From positions 11,109,363-11,173,362 of the forward strand of contig NC_083433.1 in NCBI RefSeq assembly GCF_020745735.1: a stretch of 64,000 bases of DNA, read 5' to 3'. The notes under the pieces were generated by a model. It was not told the DNA's origin. It saw nothing but the letters and a program-made list of their open reading frames with translations, and made no database searches. Shown piece by piece: positions 22,194 through 35,929 of this stretch; the first letter of the stretch is position 1, and each line of letters begins with the position of its first letter. The translations under genes were made by a program, and so were the position numbers. The DNA is from Hemiscyllium ocellatum (lineage: Eukaryota).

Positions 22194-24814
22194 TCTGGAG
22201 GAGCCCCTAGTTCCAACAAAATGACAGAAGGTACACTGGTTACCACTACGGAGAGAAAGTTTGGGTCAGTCATTCAAAGGCTCTAGATTTGATCACGTCA
22301 CCAGGCCATCCAAAACTCGACTATCTATGCCACAACAAGTTTCATCCCCTGCCCTGGCTACTGGATCCTGGTTCCTGGTTAAGTAACATCTCGATTTGCT
22401 TGTTACCCTTGTTTTCAAATCCCTCCATAGCACAGACCCCTCCTGATCTCCAATCTCCTCTAGTCCCACAACTGAGATAATCAGTGCTTAACTCAATGTG
22501 ACTTCTTGTACATCCTCAAACTTTATTGCTCTACTATTGGTGGCCAACACCATGCCCCTCCCCAAAAAGTTATCTGGTCTCTTAACTCAAACACTCTCGC
22601 AACACCTCCCTCCTCCTTTGACCATCTTTTGGTCATTTGATCTAAAAATCTGTTTCTTCTCAGAGTGACCTTCTGTATATAAAGAGTTTATGAAGCACAT
22701 TTGAATGTTTCATTACTGAAAAGAGAGAGACATATGAAGCTTTGACATATCACGTATTGATGGGGTTAAATAAAGAGGGAAAGGAGGAAATGCAGTTTGC
22801 CTTGTACTCATCAGGGCAAAATATCAACATTTCCATCAATCACAACAATTTGTGTTTCTACATTGGGAAAGGATTGGCAACATGGCTCTTTTGCACTGGC
22901 TGGAAGTGACATAAATTCAGATACGGTGAGCCATTCTCTGTAAATGAAAGGAGTATGTTCTAGCTATGAGATTTTTTATTTTAAATTCCCTGGAGTGTGG
23001 GCAGGCTATCGTTCCCAGTTGTTCTCTCCAGGGTAATGCCTTGGACAGCATTGATTTGTTAAGCAATCAAATAAAACCTTCAAACAACCTCTTTTTTCAG
23101 TAATTTGCAAGTTGTGTACCGTCAAGCCACTTACGTTCAAAACAAAAAGGGGTTGCTATATAAATATAAACTATTGAAAGAAAGAAATAGACCATTTTTG
23201 TTGTGAAAAACCCCGCAGATCTCCGATGTCCTTCACCCAACCTCCTAGACTCCAGTGTATGGTCAAGGTAGAATGCAAGGGCCAGGTTCTGGCAGGTGGG
23301 ACTAGATGGGATGGGATATCTGGTCGGCATGGACAAGTTGGATCGAAGGGTCTGTTTCCATGCTGTACATCTCTGACTCAATACCAGAGCTTTCTATGTA
23401 TGGTTTCACCGAAAGCTCCCCCCAATCCCTGTGGTCTCTGGATGACTCTATGCCAAATAGGCCTTATCCATAATCATTTTTAAAAGATATTTAATAACAA
23501 TGTTATACAATTAAAATAACTCAATTTAGTTTGTTAAATTGCCATATGGTTTTACTGTGTTGTTGCTCCTATAAAAATCCTGGAAATAACTTTTTAGTAA
23601 TTCATGAGAAGCGTTTAACCTCCCTAATTACCCTGGCCTCTCTCTGTCCCTAATTACCCTGGACAACACGGTAGCGAGCTGCCTATTTTAATAACTGCAG
23701 TCCATGTAGGGGCGTAGGTACACCCACAATGCTGTTCGGGTGAGTACACCAAGATTTTGACACAGTGACACCAAAGGAACAGCGAGATATTTCCAAGTCA
23801 GGATTGTGAGAACCTTATGGGGAAATTGCAGATGGTGGTGTTTCCATGCATCTGCCACTCTTGACCTTCCAGGTGGGAGCGATCATGGGTTTGGAAGGTG
23901 CTGTCAAAGGCAATGGCCAGTCAATGAAGAAGAATTGTTAATTTCCAGTGAATTCAGGACAAGCAATCATCAGTAGCCTGAGCTAGCAGCTTTTGAGCCT
24001 GAGAGCGGTGTCAAGCTAATTATAACTCAGTCCCTCTTTTATTTTCCCAAGCCATTAGAATTTGAAAAACAGAAGGAGGCCATTCAGCCCATTATCTCGG
24101 TGCCTGTCTTTTTTTTACTTTGGTTTAAAGTAATAAATAAATGGCTTGCTGGACCACCTTTGAGGGCATTAAAAGTTAAAGACAAAATGTCAGAGATAGA
24201 GAGGTAGAAGAAACTGTGAATAATGTAACAAAACGTGAAAAGTTGGAAAAAAATCACATTTCTATAGCTGCTTCTGTGATCTTGAAAATTGTAAAGAAAA
24301 AGTGTTTTAGATGCAATGATGCACTTTTGAAATGTGGTCTTGTGTGAGGTAGGGGGTAAGTGACCACGTATTTTCCCTTTTGGGCATTTTTTAAAAAACT
24401 TGCATTTTACAGTTTATCTGTATAGCAGCCTTGAAAGTACCAGGAGAGTTTTTTTTTCCCCACAGATTTCAAGATTCACTGGGATCATGTGCTGAACAGT
24501 TTATCTAAACAATGCCAATGTTACTTTTTGGAGCAGGGAGGCAGGTACAGTGAGACACTACAGCACCAGGGCTCTTTGAATTTGGAAAGGTTGCCTGGTG
24601 ATGTCTTTGGATTGGTTCAGCTGTAGTTTGTTAGAAAGTTGCAAGCACAATGCAGTCCAGTCCGGGGCATCTCTGTCAGGCAAAATAAAAAAAGAACTGC
24701 AGACTCAAAAGGAAAGTCAAGAACCTTCCTTGTATGAGACCCATCCGATTAATTGACAATCATAACGTTATTGCTAAATGCAAAACAACTATGAGAAATA
24801 GCTCTCCATCTCTG

Positions 24815-25118
24815 GGTTGGCACGGTGGCTCAGTGGTTAGCACTGCTACTTCAAAGCACCAGGGACCCAGGTTTGATTCTAGCATCGGGCGACTGTGTGG
24901 AGTTTGCACATTCTCCCCGTGTCTGCGTGCGTTTCCTTCGGGTGCTCCGGTTTCCTCCCACAATCCAAAGATGTGCAGGTTAGGTGAATTGGCCATGCTA
25001 GACTGCCCGTAGTGTTAGGTGCATTAGTCAGAGGGAAGCTAGATGGGTTACTCTTAGGAGGTCGGTGTGGACTTGTTGGGCCGAAGGAGCTGTTTCCACA
25101 CCGTAGGGAATCTAATCT
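24815..25118 (+). mobile_element. HE1-type V-SINE
   Basis: Full head, V-domain and tail. Confidence 0.88.
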
Positions 25119-25634
25119 TTGTAGTCAGGACTTGTGACCTACAGAAATTGTTTTCTTGGTCTGCATTTCCTGCTCACATCTGCATCAAACAAACAAATGA
25201 TTTGTTTTGTCCACCTTATTGGGGATCAGGTGGGGGGAACGCAAGGGAGGAGTGAGGAGATCAAAGGGACTTGGTTTAAGCTACATAATAGTAATTTAAT
25301 CATCTCTCTTGTGGTATTTGTTAAAATAGTGTTTATAATTATTATTTTCATGTTAATGATGAAACCCTTGTGAAATTATGTTTGTCCTGAATATCTGTCA
25401 GTCAGACAAACTGATCATCTTGATACTTTAATTGGGTAGTTACACACCAGAGATGGCCTGTGGGATAGCGAAGCTTAATTAGCCGTGCACTGTTCCAAAA
25501 TGAATTGTAACGGGGGTGTAGTGGCAATGTCACTGTACGGGTAACCCAGAGGCCCAGGCTTATTCCCTAGTTACATGGATTCAAATCACAACTGCAGCTG
25601 GTGGGATTTCAACTCCATCAATACTAACATTAAA

Positions 25635-26040
25635 CCAGGGGCAGGAGTAAACCATCTGGGCCCATCGAGCCTGCTCTGCCATTCAATAAGGTCATGGCTG
25701 ATCTTTTTGTGGACTTAGCTCCACTTACCTGTCAGTTCACCATAACCCTTAATTCCTCTACTGTTCAAAACATATCTTCACCTTAAAAACATTCAATGAG
25801 GTAGCCTCCACTGCTTCACTGGGCAGGGAATTCCACAGATTCACAACCCTTTGCTCCCCCTTATTTTGAAGCTGTGTTCCCTCATTCTAGATCCACCTGC
25901 CAACAACCGTCTTGCTACTATCTTATCTATTCCCTTCATAATTTTATGTGTTTCTATAAGATCCCCCCTCATTCTTCTAAATTCCATTGAGTATTGTCCC
26001 AGTCTACTCAATCTCTCCTCATAAGGCAACCATCTCAATT
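25635..26040 (-). mobile_element. CR1 3' fragment inside a tRNA-SINE
   Basis: YEERLSRLG..FRRMRGDLIET. Confidence 0.8.
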
Positions 26041-26304
26041 GTAGAAAGCAAACATTAAAAGACCACAATGACAATCCTTGATTGATTTAAAAAAAACTCA
26101 TCTGGTTCACGAATCTCTTTTAGGAAAGCAAATATACTATCCTGATCAGGTCTGGCCTACATGTGACTCCAGGCCTGCAGCAATGTGGCTGATTCTTAAT
26201 TGCTCTCTGAAATGACCCAGTGAGTACCTCTATTCAAAACAATTAAGGATGGGTTTAAAAAAAAATGCTGACCTCGCTGACAATCCCCACATCACAGGAA
26301 GGAG

Positions 26305-27040
26305 AGTCATAGAGACGTACAGCAGAAACAGACCCTTCAGTCCAACTCATCCATGCTGACGAGATATCCCAACCTAATCTAGTCCCATTTGCCAGCACTT
26401 GGCCCTTATTCCTCCAAACCCTTTCTTTTCATATACCCATCCGGATGCCTTTTAAATGTTGCAATTGTACCAGCCTCCACCACTTCCTCTGGCAACTCAT
26501 TCCAAACATGTACAACTCTCTGCGTGAAAAAGTTGCCCCTTATGTCCCTTTTATATCTTTCCCCTCTCACCCTAAACCTATGCCCTCTAGTTCTGGAGTC
26601 CCGTACTGAGGGAAAAAAGACCTTGCCTTTTTATGCTATCCATGCCCCTCATGATTTTATTAACCTCTATAAGGTCACCCCTCAGCCTCCGATGCTCCAG
26701 GGAAAACAGCCCCAGCCTATTCAGCCTCTCCCTATAGCTCAAACCCTCCAACCCCAACAACATCCTTGTGAATCTTTTCTGAACCCTTTCAAGTTTCAAT
26801 ATCATTCAGATAGGAAGGAGACCAGAATTGCACATAATATTCCAAAAGTGGCCTAACCAATGTCCTGTACAGCCACAACAAGACTTCCCAACTCCTATAA
26901 TCAATGCTCTGACCAATAAAAGGAAAGCATACCAAATGCCTTCTTCACTATCCTATCTACCTGCGACTCCACTTTCACGGAACTATAAACCTGCATGCCA
27001 AGGTCTCTTTATGCAGCAGCACTCCCCATGACCTTACTAG
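26305..27040 (-). mobile_element. CR1/HER1 3' fragment
   Basis: LERVQKRFTRML...HRRLRGDLIEV. Confidence 0.88.
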
Positions 27041-29488
27041 AATAAAGGAAGAGTGACCATATTAATGTAGGAAACACGGCTGCCAAGTTACAGAGCAAGA
27101 TCCCAAAAAACAGCAACATGACAAGGTCACTGTCAAGGAATGTGCTCAGCAGATTAGATGTTTGGTGTTTCCACTAGTGGGGAAATCTCAAAGTAGGGGC
27201 AGAATTACAGAATAAGGGGGCTCTCATTTAAAACTGAGATGCAAAGGAATTTCCTCCCCCAGAGCGTAGGTAATGCATGGGATTCTCTACCCCAGAGAGC
27301 TGTGGAGGGTAGATCACTGACAGGGTTGAAGGAAGCACTAAATAGACATTTGAAATAGGAGTTGAGGGCTACAAGGAACTGGCACAAAAGAGGACTGGAG
27401 GCCTGGGGCAGATCACAGATGGTCTTACAGAGCAGTATGCAGATGGCTCCTATTTTGCATGTTTGTATCTCCTTCATTGGAATGGTATTCATTAATCAAC
27501 CAAACTTCAAAGAGAAGATTTATGTTCAGATTAATTGTGATGGGAAGTCTCCACACACAGTAAGAGGGGGATGTTTTCATTAAAACAAAGAGAACTATAT
27601 TACATAACTTGTCATATCTTAAACGTAAAACCGAGACCACAGATGTGAAAGTGAAACTAAAAAAAAACTGGTTTCCTTCCCGTCATAGCTTTCAAGTATT
27701 GATAATCCTGTCGACAAACTGAGTCACCCTTTGGGGACACGCCCTGAAAATCAAGAACAACTACCCAAATTCAGTTCCATTGTGTCTACCAAGCAAGTTA
27801 CAGCAAGTTTATACTACACCAGGCCTGTTGCAGTGTGTCACATTCTAAACTACATGGAGTGTCCCCATACACCAACTTGTAAGAGATTGTGTAAAGTTAA
27901 ACAGCTTGCCAAGATTTGGTGATCTGGGTTACATGTAGTGACAGTCTCGTTGGATAATGGTTATCTCAGCAAACAGTCAGATCCTGCAGTACAGCATAGT
28001 TATTTATCCAGTGACTGCAAATCCCTGACCCCAAGCAATCACTTCCTTACTTGCTGAGTTTAAACTGATGAATCGACTACTGAGTCTAAGGAAGGGACAC
28101 TCTGGGTAAGGTGCAGCATTGTAGGTGCCTCTCCACAAGTGTGGAAGGGGTTTGTACAGAGGTCTCAGTGGTGGATGTTGGTTGCACAGGGACCCTGTTC
28201 TGTCCTGAACCTGTTTGGCAAAGACCACTCTCATCAGTTCAAAGCCCACTGTTCAACAGATGGGGTTTGCCACAATGAACCAGCCAATGATTTTTGCGTT
28301 CCCCATTCCTGAATGTTGGTGGGATCTTTCACAGTAAAGGTTACACTGCGGGGGGTGGGAAGTGGGGGAGGGAAAGAGGCCAGAATGGAAGGGAGGCAAG
28401 TATCAAGTGAGTAAGTAAACAGTGCACAGCGCGAGAGAATACTGGTGGAAATGAGGGCTGAAGATTCATCTCCAGATAGAAAAGTGTTAGTGCCTGGGAT
28501 GGGAAGCTTGTGCAGTTGGATCTCTGCCTTTTTCTTATTGCATTCCCACAATTCAGTAACAGGGACACAAGGGCCCAAGCCCAGTGTTCCCCATAGCGCA
28601 ACAACAACAACAACAAAGCAACATTCCACAGCCACACAAAAAAAAAGGTGCTATAGAAATGTAATTAGTTGCAGCTGTCAACAGCTAAAAGAAAGGTGAT
28701 TCAAATTATGCTGAACTTGCACTTAGGGCCGCCCAGGGAAGTGACTGCATCCCCATTGACTCAGCTACCTTGTGCGGTCAGGCGTCTGTTTTTCTGGAAG
28801 GTCCAGTTGTCAGCACTCACTGTTCAAACAGACAGATATTCGCAAACCAAACACAGAGCCGGCTGGGAGGCTAACCACAAGAAGACAACTTTATGAACCA
28901 ACAGTTGGCTGCAGCGACTATCAAGCTTTCAATCACCACGGACAAACTCTTAATTGACATCTCCCAACTGTCAGCAAGATTCACACCAACAAAATTAGAA
29001 TAATTTTATAACAGATGGAGAATAAATTAATTTTAAAAGCAACTGTGTCAAGCAAACAGATGCTGAAACATTCCCACTTCGAGTGCTTGGTGTCAGATCC
29101 AGTCTCGACTTTCTGATAGAGACGTGTGTGTTGTCGTTGTCCAGCGCTAAGCCCATTGACCTTTCACCCCTGCCTCAATGTAAACTATCAGATTCAACCC
29201 AACAGCAGTGCTGACAACTCTCAACTATTTCCAACCTCCAATCTCACACCCTCATACCTCTTAAAGGCTGGATCGTTTTTACAAAATAAAAAACAGAATC
29301 CAGGTGTGAATTTAAAATACCTTTTTGCCCCCAATTCTGATTGAATCTCAGAGCCAAACTTTCCAAGCTGCCTCAGGAACCTTGACTGAATAGTCCTTCA
29401 TACTTGAACCTTCGATAGTGAATATTCTGCCATGTGCGGCCTCACAACAAAAATTACTCTCGTCTTTTGGCTCAATTGAACCCTAAGT

Positions 29489-29815
29489 CGGCAACACGGT
29501 AGCTCAGTGGTTAGCACTGCTGCCTCACAGCGCTAGGGACCCAGCTTCGATCCTAGCGTTGGGCAGCTGTCTGTATGGAGTTTGCATGTTCTCCCTGTGT
29601 CTACGTGGGTTTGTTCCAGTTTCCTCCCACAGTCCAAAGAGGTGCAGATTAGGTGAACTGGCCGTGATAAATTGCCCACAATGTTCAGGAATGTATAGGT
29701 TAGGTGCAGTTTACAGGCGGTAAATATTGGGTAGGGGAATGGGTATCTCTTCAGAGTGTCCGTGTGGACTTGTGGGACTCAAAGGCCTGTTTCCACTGTA
29801 GGGATTCTATGATTA
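29489..29815 (+). mobile_element. HE1-type V-SINE
   Basis: Full head, V-domain and tail. Confidence 0.85.
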
Positions 29816-31594
29816 TGGTTTCATGCCTAACGGGGCAGAGTTTTGAGTGAAGAACCCACCTTGACACTTCAGTGCAGCACCAAGGGAGCTCTATGGTCAG
29901 AGGCACTGTCTTTCTGGACGAGATGCTAAACGGAGACTCTGCCTAGCTTGTCAGGTGGATAGAACCACTCTACCAAACAGTATGAAAACATCACCTCAGC
30001 TGGCTCGTATTTAGCCCCTACATTACAAATTTCCAATATTAATCTTCCACCGAAGGAAGCATGAGGTTTTAACGGATTAGAGAGGACATTGCTGTACTCC
30101 TGAAGCCAGAAAGCAGTGGATTCAATTTCTCTTTCACATACTTGAGCACACAACTCAAGAAATAAGATTTAAGAATCAACCATTCAGGTCCTTCTAACCT
30201 CCTCTGCCATTTGAGAAGTCAGTGGCTGATCAGATTGTGGCCTCAGCTCCCCTTCCTGTCCGTCCCGTTAACCCTCAGTCAAAAAATCCGTTCAGCTCAG
30301 ACTTGAACATATTCAATGATCCAGCCTTCACTGATCCTTTAGGGAAGAGAATGCTGCAAACTGTCAACACCCTTGAGGGGAGAAATAAAATTCTCATCTA
30401 CCTTGAAAAGGATGGCCCCTGAAATATAGAAAGATCCATATTTCCAGAGTTAAATGGGAGATTCTCAACTTTTAAAATACAATCAATTCTGGAGTATTGG
30501 ATGATTCGTCTTTTGGTTAAGTCTATATCGCAACTTTCAGTGCATTGTAGAAGATCCCAAGGAACTATTTCAATGGAGGAGCTGTGAAGCCCTAACTAGT
30601 CTCAGGGCCATTACTTATCCCTCAAACCAACATCAACTTAAAACCAAACAGGTATCTATATAATTATCTCATTGCTTGCAAGCTAATCAGAAATGAGTTG
30701 CTGCATGTCCCTACATTACAGCAGTAACTTTAAATGTTATTTGGAAAAACTGAGAAGTCAGGCAGTATCTGTGGAGACAAACAGAAACCTTCCCTCCTCA
30801 GAAAGCTGTGTGATCTGACGAGCTTTTCAGATTTTCTTTGTTGCTATTTCAGATTTCCAGCAGGATTTCGTTTTTTGTTTGAAAGCTACTTTATTGGAAT
30901 TTCCCAGGTGGACAATCAAACTCATTAGCAAGTGATTGCCAATGGCAGCTTTATTGGTTGTAAATGAAGGTAGTGAATGGTGCTATATAAGTGCAATAAA
31001 TCAATGGAATTTCATTATAACAAGGTTCATACTTAGTTACAGCACACGGTGTTTCATATCTCCCAAAATCGGCAAATCTTTATTTGTCTTCATTTTCCTA
31101 GTTATAAATAGACTTTTAGGAAAATAACCTGGCCCATGTATATTGCAGTCTAATTTTTGGATCCCAATATCCATGCTATACAATGGGGGGGGAGCGGAAA
31201 GAAGTGGGCTTCAGAGGGGGTAAAGGGGAGGTTTACCATGCCATTGCCTCAATTGGTGTATATTAGCTTTGGGGAGAGATTAGAAAACTTGAATTGAGTT
31301 TGCTAGAGTGTCAGAGGCTGAGGGGCAACCTGATAGAAATATATGAAATTATGGTAGCCATAGACAGGGTGGATAATCAGAGGAGTTTAAAAGGACTTGT
31401 GAGAGGCAAGTTTTGTTTTAAAAAGGCAGAAAATGGTAGGTGCCTGGAACATGTTGCCAAGGGAGATGGTCGATGCAAATAACAATAGCAATGTTTAAGT
31501 GGCTTTTAGACACAAATAGGCAGGGAACAGAGGAATACAGACCATGTACTGGCTGACAGGATTGGTTTAGAATGGCATCATGATTTGCATAGAA

Positions 31595-31820
31595 GTGATG
31601 CGGAGGGGCTGGTGTTGGACTGGGATGGACAAAGTCTGAAGTCACATGACACCAGGTTGTAGACCAGCAGGTTTATTTGAAATCACAAGCTTTCCGAGTG
31701 CTTCTCCTTTGTCAGGTGAAATGGACTTCACGTGATGAAGGAGCAGCGCTCCAAATGTTGGTGATTTCAAATAAATCTGTTGGACTATAACCTGGTGTCA
31801 TGTGACCTCTGATTTTGCCC
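31595..31820. mobile_element. Palindromic hammerhead mini-element (GAAAGCT family), decayed
   Basis: Inverted arms TCACATGACACCAGG...CCTGGTGTCATGTGA with degenerate cores on both strands; homologous to 50387-50570. Confidence 0.7.
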
Positions 31821-33049
31821 TGGACGTGATGGGCAAAGGGCCTTTACTGGATTGTTCTACGTTTTATAATCGACTTCCGCTGTACATCAGATGTGAAGGT
31901 GGTTAAAAATACAGCAAGAATTGGCATCTGGATATTAACTTGTAATAAACTGTGCACACGTTCCAGATATTTCATAGGACTGAACGCAGTATTTTATATG
32001 ACACAGCATTGTCAAAGTACAGAATGAATTCTGTGGTGGAAGTGACAACTCTGGAATCGTTTAAAATGAAAGTGATTTGCAAGAGGTTGACTGTAGGTTT
32101 TATCCGCATAGATGAACTAAAGTACAAATAGTCACTGACAATTGTAATGAGCCAGTGATAAAATATTTCATATGGCTGTGAGCATTCCTCGCTGGGCTGA
32201 AGACATTCACAATATGGATGGACAGGGTTTCTGTTTCCACTTTGTTTTGGTCCTCCTACTTTCTCCCTACTTCTGCCCTTCCCGCCACTCCCTATCCTGA
32301 CCTGAGCCTATTGTTTGCCTTCGGTCTTGATTCGGCCAATATGATTCAGTGCAGGTGGACTTCACCCTCCCTTTAACCTCTGGGTGTCTGAACCAACTGC
32401 AGATGTGCCTGGTGAACAAGTGGGAAAGTCAAATTGTGCAATTCTGTACATTTCAGTCAGTTGGCCAAGCCAAGTCCAACTGGAGTATGTGAGTCATGTT
32501 TCCTAATTGCTAGCTGTACTAAATGATCTGGTCTCAGGTGCCCCATGTTCAGAGGGCTAGCATTGGCCTCAGTACCCCTATTAATGAGAAATCAGGTGGG
32601 CAATGATCAGAAAAGGATTCCATTCCAAATCACTGTCCTGAGATCCCAGCTGGAATCCATGAACCTACACATTAGGAATGGGTGTAGGCCACTCTGCCCC
32701 TCAAGCTTTCTCTGCTGAGATTAAGGCTGTTCCAAATACATGTACTCCACATTCCCACCTCCCCCTCCCCCCAAATATCCTTTCACCCGTTTGCTCAAGA
32801 TGTCTCAAAGTATTTGTAAAAACACACTCACTTCCTCAAAACGCTGTGAAAGCAGTTTTCCATTTTTGAGAACATCTGTTTTAAAAGGGGGGAACCTCTT
32901 ATTTTTGTAAGCAATGACCCCTGGTTTCAGACTCTCCGAGGAGGAATCAGCCCCTTCACATCCACCCTGTCAAAACCTCCCAGGATCTTATATTGTCCAA
33001 TCAAGGCACCTCTTTCTCCTCCAAAATCTAAAAATTGAAATGAATATCA

Positions 33050-33430
33050 GAAGACTTGCGTTTGTATAGTACCCCTCACTACATGGGGGGTATCCCAATG
33101 CAATGAAGTGCTGTTGGAATGGAGAAAAGGTTTTAGCCAGAGCACAGCAAGATCTCACAGGCAGCACTGTGATAACAACCAGTTAACTTTGTGATGTCAA
33201 TCGAGGGATAAATACCAGCTTAGACCCTGGGGTTCTCCTGTTCCTTCTCAAAACAGTGCTATAGTGTCTTCCGCAACCACCCTCAAGAATGACAGATGTG
33301 GTCTCCATCTGGTCTCACTATTCAAAAAGTAGCAACTCTGGCCGGTCTGCACTCCCTCAGAGCTCACCCCTGCCAAGGGGTGTCAGCCTGCACTTTGTGC
33401 TCAGGTCTCTGGAGGGGGTCGTGCTCCTAT
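33050..33430 (-). mobile_element. Ancient Deu-domain SINE remnant (others at ~7040-7300, ~12980-13200, ~19060-19200, ~29860-29960, ~44040-44380, ~62350-62600)
   Basis: Degenerate GTACTGAGGGAGTGCTGC, GGCCAATATTTATCCCTC and TTGCTGTG..CAAATTGGCTG motifs of AmnSINE1/SacSINE1-type elements. Confidence 0.6.
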
Positions 33431-34599
33431 GGCCTCCTGGCTTCAGCACAGTGTGTAGCTCTCCTTCTGCGTAGCCAGCTTAGTATCCAACAGGTGATAT
33501 CACAGAGGTGCCTCACAGAGAACAGAATGGGGAATCTGAAATAGTCCTTTAAATTCAAATCTCAGGAACAGTAAGGAGCTGTAAATTCTATCTTGTTGCA
33601 AACAAATTCCAAAAACAAATTGTTACCTGCAAGAAGTGATGGACAAATGGACTAAAATCCCAGGGAGGGAGGAATATCTTGAAATAATCTATGGAATCTC
33701 TACAATATGGAAACAGGCCACTCAGCCCAACAAGTCCTTACTGACAATGGTTGAAAAAAAATAGTTCTATTTTACATGGAATTAACACACCGACAGCACA
33801 GAAGGTCATCATTCAGCCCACTATCCCAGGCTCCAGCCAGCCAATATACTCACACATGTCAGCTTTGTCCATACATAAGCCTGTATGTTAATCCCTGACT
33901 CTTTCCCCATTGCCTCTTCACTGGGGAGTGTTGATGCAGTAGGAAATGCCCTCGACTAAGGTTCTGGGTAATTAGGCTAACGTTTGGGGGACATGGGTTT
34001 GAATCTCACCATGTAACCATCCCTTCTATGTCGCTAACACCTTCTAGTGATGGCATATGTCCTTCCTCACCTGGGTCTGGCCTACACAGGATCCCACAAC
34101 AACACCACTGACTCTTAGCTGCCTTCTGGGCAATTAGGGATGGGCACTAAGTGCTGTCTAGCCCACATCCAGTGATCATTTTGTTTTTTTTAAAAAAAAA
34201 CTTTGCCTCTTCCCAGAGAGAGGCCATTCAGCCCACTGGGTCCGTGCCAGAACCTTGAAAAGGCAACCCAACTGGCCTGAAAGGAATGCCCTGAACTTTT
34301 CCTGATGGGCTCAACTTAAGTAGCTTCCCTGGACGGAAGGACAAAACAAGTGTGCTCGCCTTAATTGCACTTTTTAACCAAACAGCTTCCCTCCCAACAC
34401 CCTCCCCAGAACCGAATGGGGAAATACAAACTAGCCAGTGCAGAGGGGCCGTGGCAAAACAGGACTCCGGAGAGGATCCATGTGGAAGGGGTAAAAGGGG
34501 GTTAAACACAAACTCACTGGAAACCAGCCTGGACAGAGCTCCGGCCTTTCCCAGACCCCATTGATCTCCCACTTTCGGCTTTTATTTACAACTGACTCA

Positions 34600-35480
34600 C
34601 CAAAAAAAGGTCCCACCTTTTGCCTGTGCGTGGGAGCGCGGGTTACGACAGAATTAAAATACCGATTCGTATCTGAATCCAGAAATGGAATCCTCCCGGG
34701 GACGAGGGAGTTAAACAATAAAAGAACAAAATTAAAGTGAGGGGGGAAAAAAAACCTGAATAAACAGGAGAACCGAGTCTGACAGCGGAGTTTGACGCTC
34801 GCTCACGTTTAAAAAAGTAATAAGTGTTTGGAAAAACTAATCTTTTTCTTTTCGCTGATTTAGGGGAGAGACGGTTCCCTCTCCCGACGGAAATAAAAGG
34901 ACACATTTGAACCGAAAACTGTTGCGAGTTGAGTTGTAACTTACAGCATGAAACCCACGATCCCCGCCTGACCTTCTCTGGGTCCAGTTTCGGGTGAGCG
35001 AGGAAAGGACCAATTGATTGGAGTGAAATTAAAACCTCCCGGATCCTCGGCAGCAGCGGCTCGCCCTCTCCACAAATCGCCAACTTCCCTCTTCCTCCTC
35101 CCACAGCTCAGATCGGTGTAAACAGGAGACGGGAGGAAAACAACCTTCCCCCCCAAAAAAAGAGACAGAATAAAAAAAAACGCGCTGATCATTGACTGGG
35201 TTAACTCAGCCGCCCATCACGTGCTCGCGACAGGTAACAAGGAAATGCAGCAGCGATCACAGTGCATTTATGTAGCGCCTTTCCTCCTCCTCCTTCTCCT
35301 CCCCCCCACAGTCGCCACACGATTCTGCCTTGCCACCTTCCCAGGACAGGCCCTGGAGATTCGAGGGATGGAAAAACCTCTTGCGAGCAATTCCTAGAAA
35401 ACAAAGAAAGGGGGGGAAACTAAATCAATTTAATTTCTCATCTTTTCGTTCGCCACTCTCTCGATACCGAACTTTTGGTG
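34600..35480 (-). promoter_or_regulatory. CpG-rich promoter and non-coding exon 1, probably of PRRG2
   Basis: CpG-dense, TE-free island. Minus-strand donors AAG|GTCAGG (after 34973) and GCT|GTAAGT (after 34945); E-box CACGTG at 35218-35223. The PRRG2 ATG exon has an upstream acceptor, so it needs a non-coding first exon. Confidence 0.6.
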
Positions 35481-35502
35481 ATGGTAGTTGGGGGGGGAGG
35501 GA

Positions 35503-35602
35503 GTCAAGATGAGAGTGGTGCTGGAAAAGCACAGCAGGTCAGGCAGCATCCGAGGAGCAGGAGAATCGACATTTCGGGCAGGAGCCCTTCATCAGGAATC
35601 TT
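35503..35602 (-). mobile_element. 100-bp hammerhead-bearing Penelope mini-element
   Basis: TSD GGGGAGGGA (35494-35502, 35603-35611). Minus strand GATTC-CTGATGA-A-GGGCTCCTGCCC-GAAA-TGTC-GATTC. Same boundaries as the 1377-1477 copy. Confidence 0.85.
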
Positions 35603-35611
35603 GGGGAGGGA

Positions 35612-35745
35612 AAGATTCCTGATGAAGGGCTTATGCTCGAAATGTCGAATTCCCTATTCCTGAGATGCTGCCTAACCTGCTGTGCTTTAACCAGCAACAC
35701 ATTTTCAGCTGTGATCTCCAGCATCTGCAGACCTCATTTTTTACT
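35612..35745 (+). mobile_element. Hammerhead-bearing Penelope pLTR mini-element
   Basis: GATTC-CTGATGA(35619)-A-GGGCTTATGCTC-GAAA-TGTC-GAATT followed by the same tail as the 63322 element. Confidence 0.82.
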
Positions 35746-35759
35746 CGAATCTATTTCAC

Positions 35760-35920
35760 TGGGCAAAGTTAAAAATCACACAACACCAGGTAACAATAGG
35801 TTTATTTGGAAGCACTAGCTTTCAGAGTGCTGCCCCTTAAGTAGGTAGCTGTGGAGCAGAATAATAAGACACAGAATTTATAGCAGAAAGATTACAGTGT
35901 CATGCAACTGATATGATATA
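35760..35920 (-). mobile_element. Decayed fragment of the GAAAGCTA hammerhead element family
   Basis: AAAAATCACACAACACCAGG...GGAAGCACTAGCTTTC shared with 50387-50570. Confidence 0.6.
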
Positions 35921-35929
35921 CTTGCTACC

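Noticed and set aside
32490-32660. AmnSINE2/LF-SINE-like ancient elements (also ~2350, ~4410, ~8170)
   Set aside because: Only short motif resemblance from memory; cannot be named without an HMM search.
34228-35512. Cluster of overlapping ORFs in the CpG island
   Set aside because: GC-rich promoter sequence; the peptides have no recognisable domains or splice structure.
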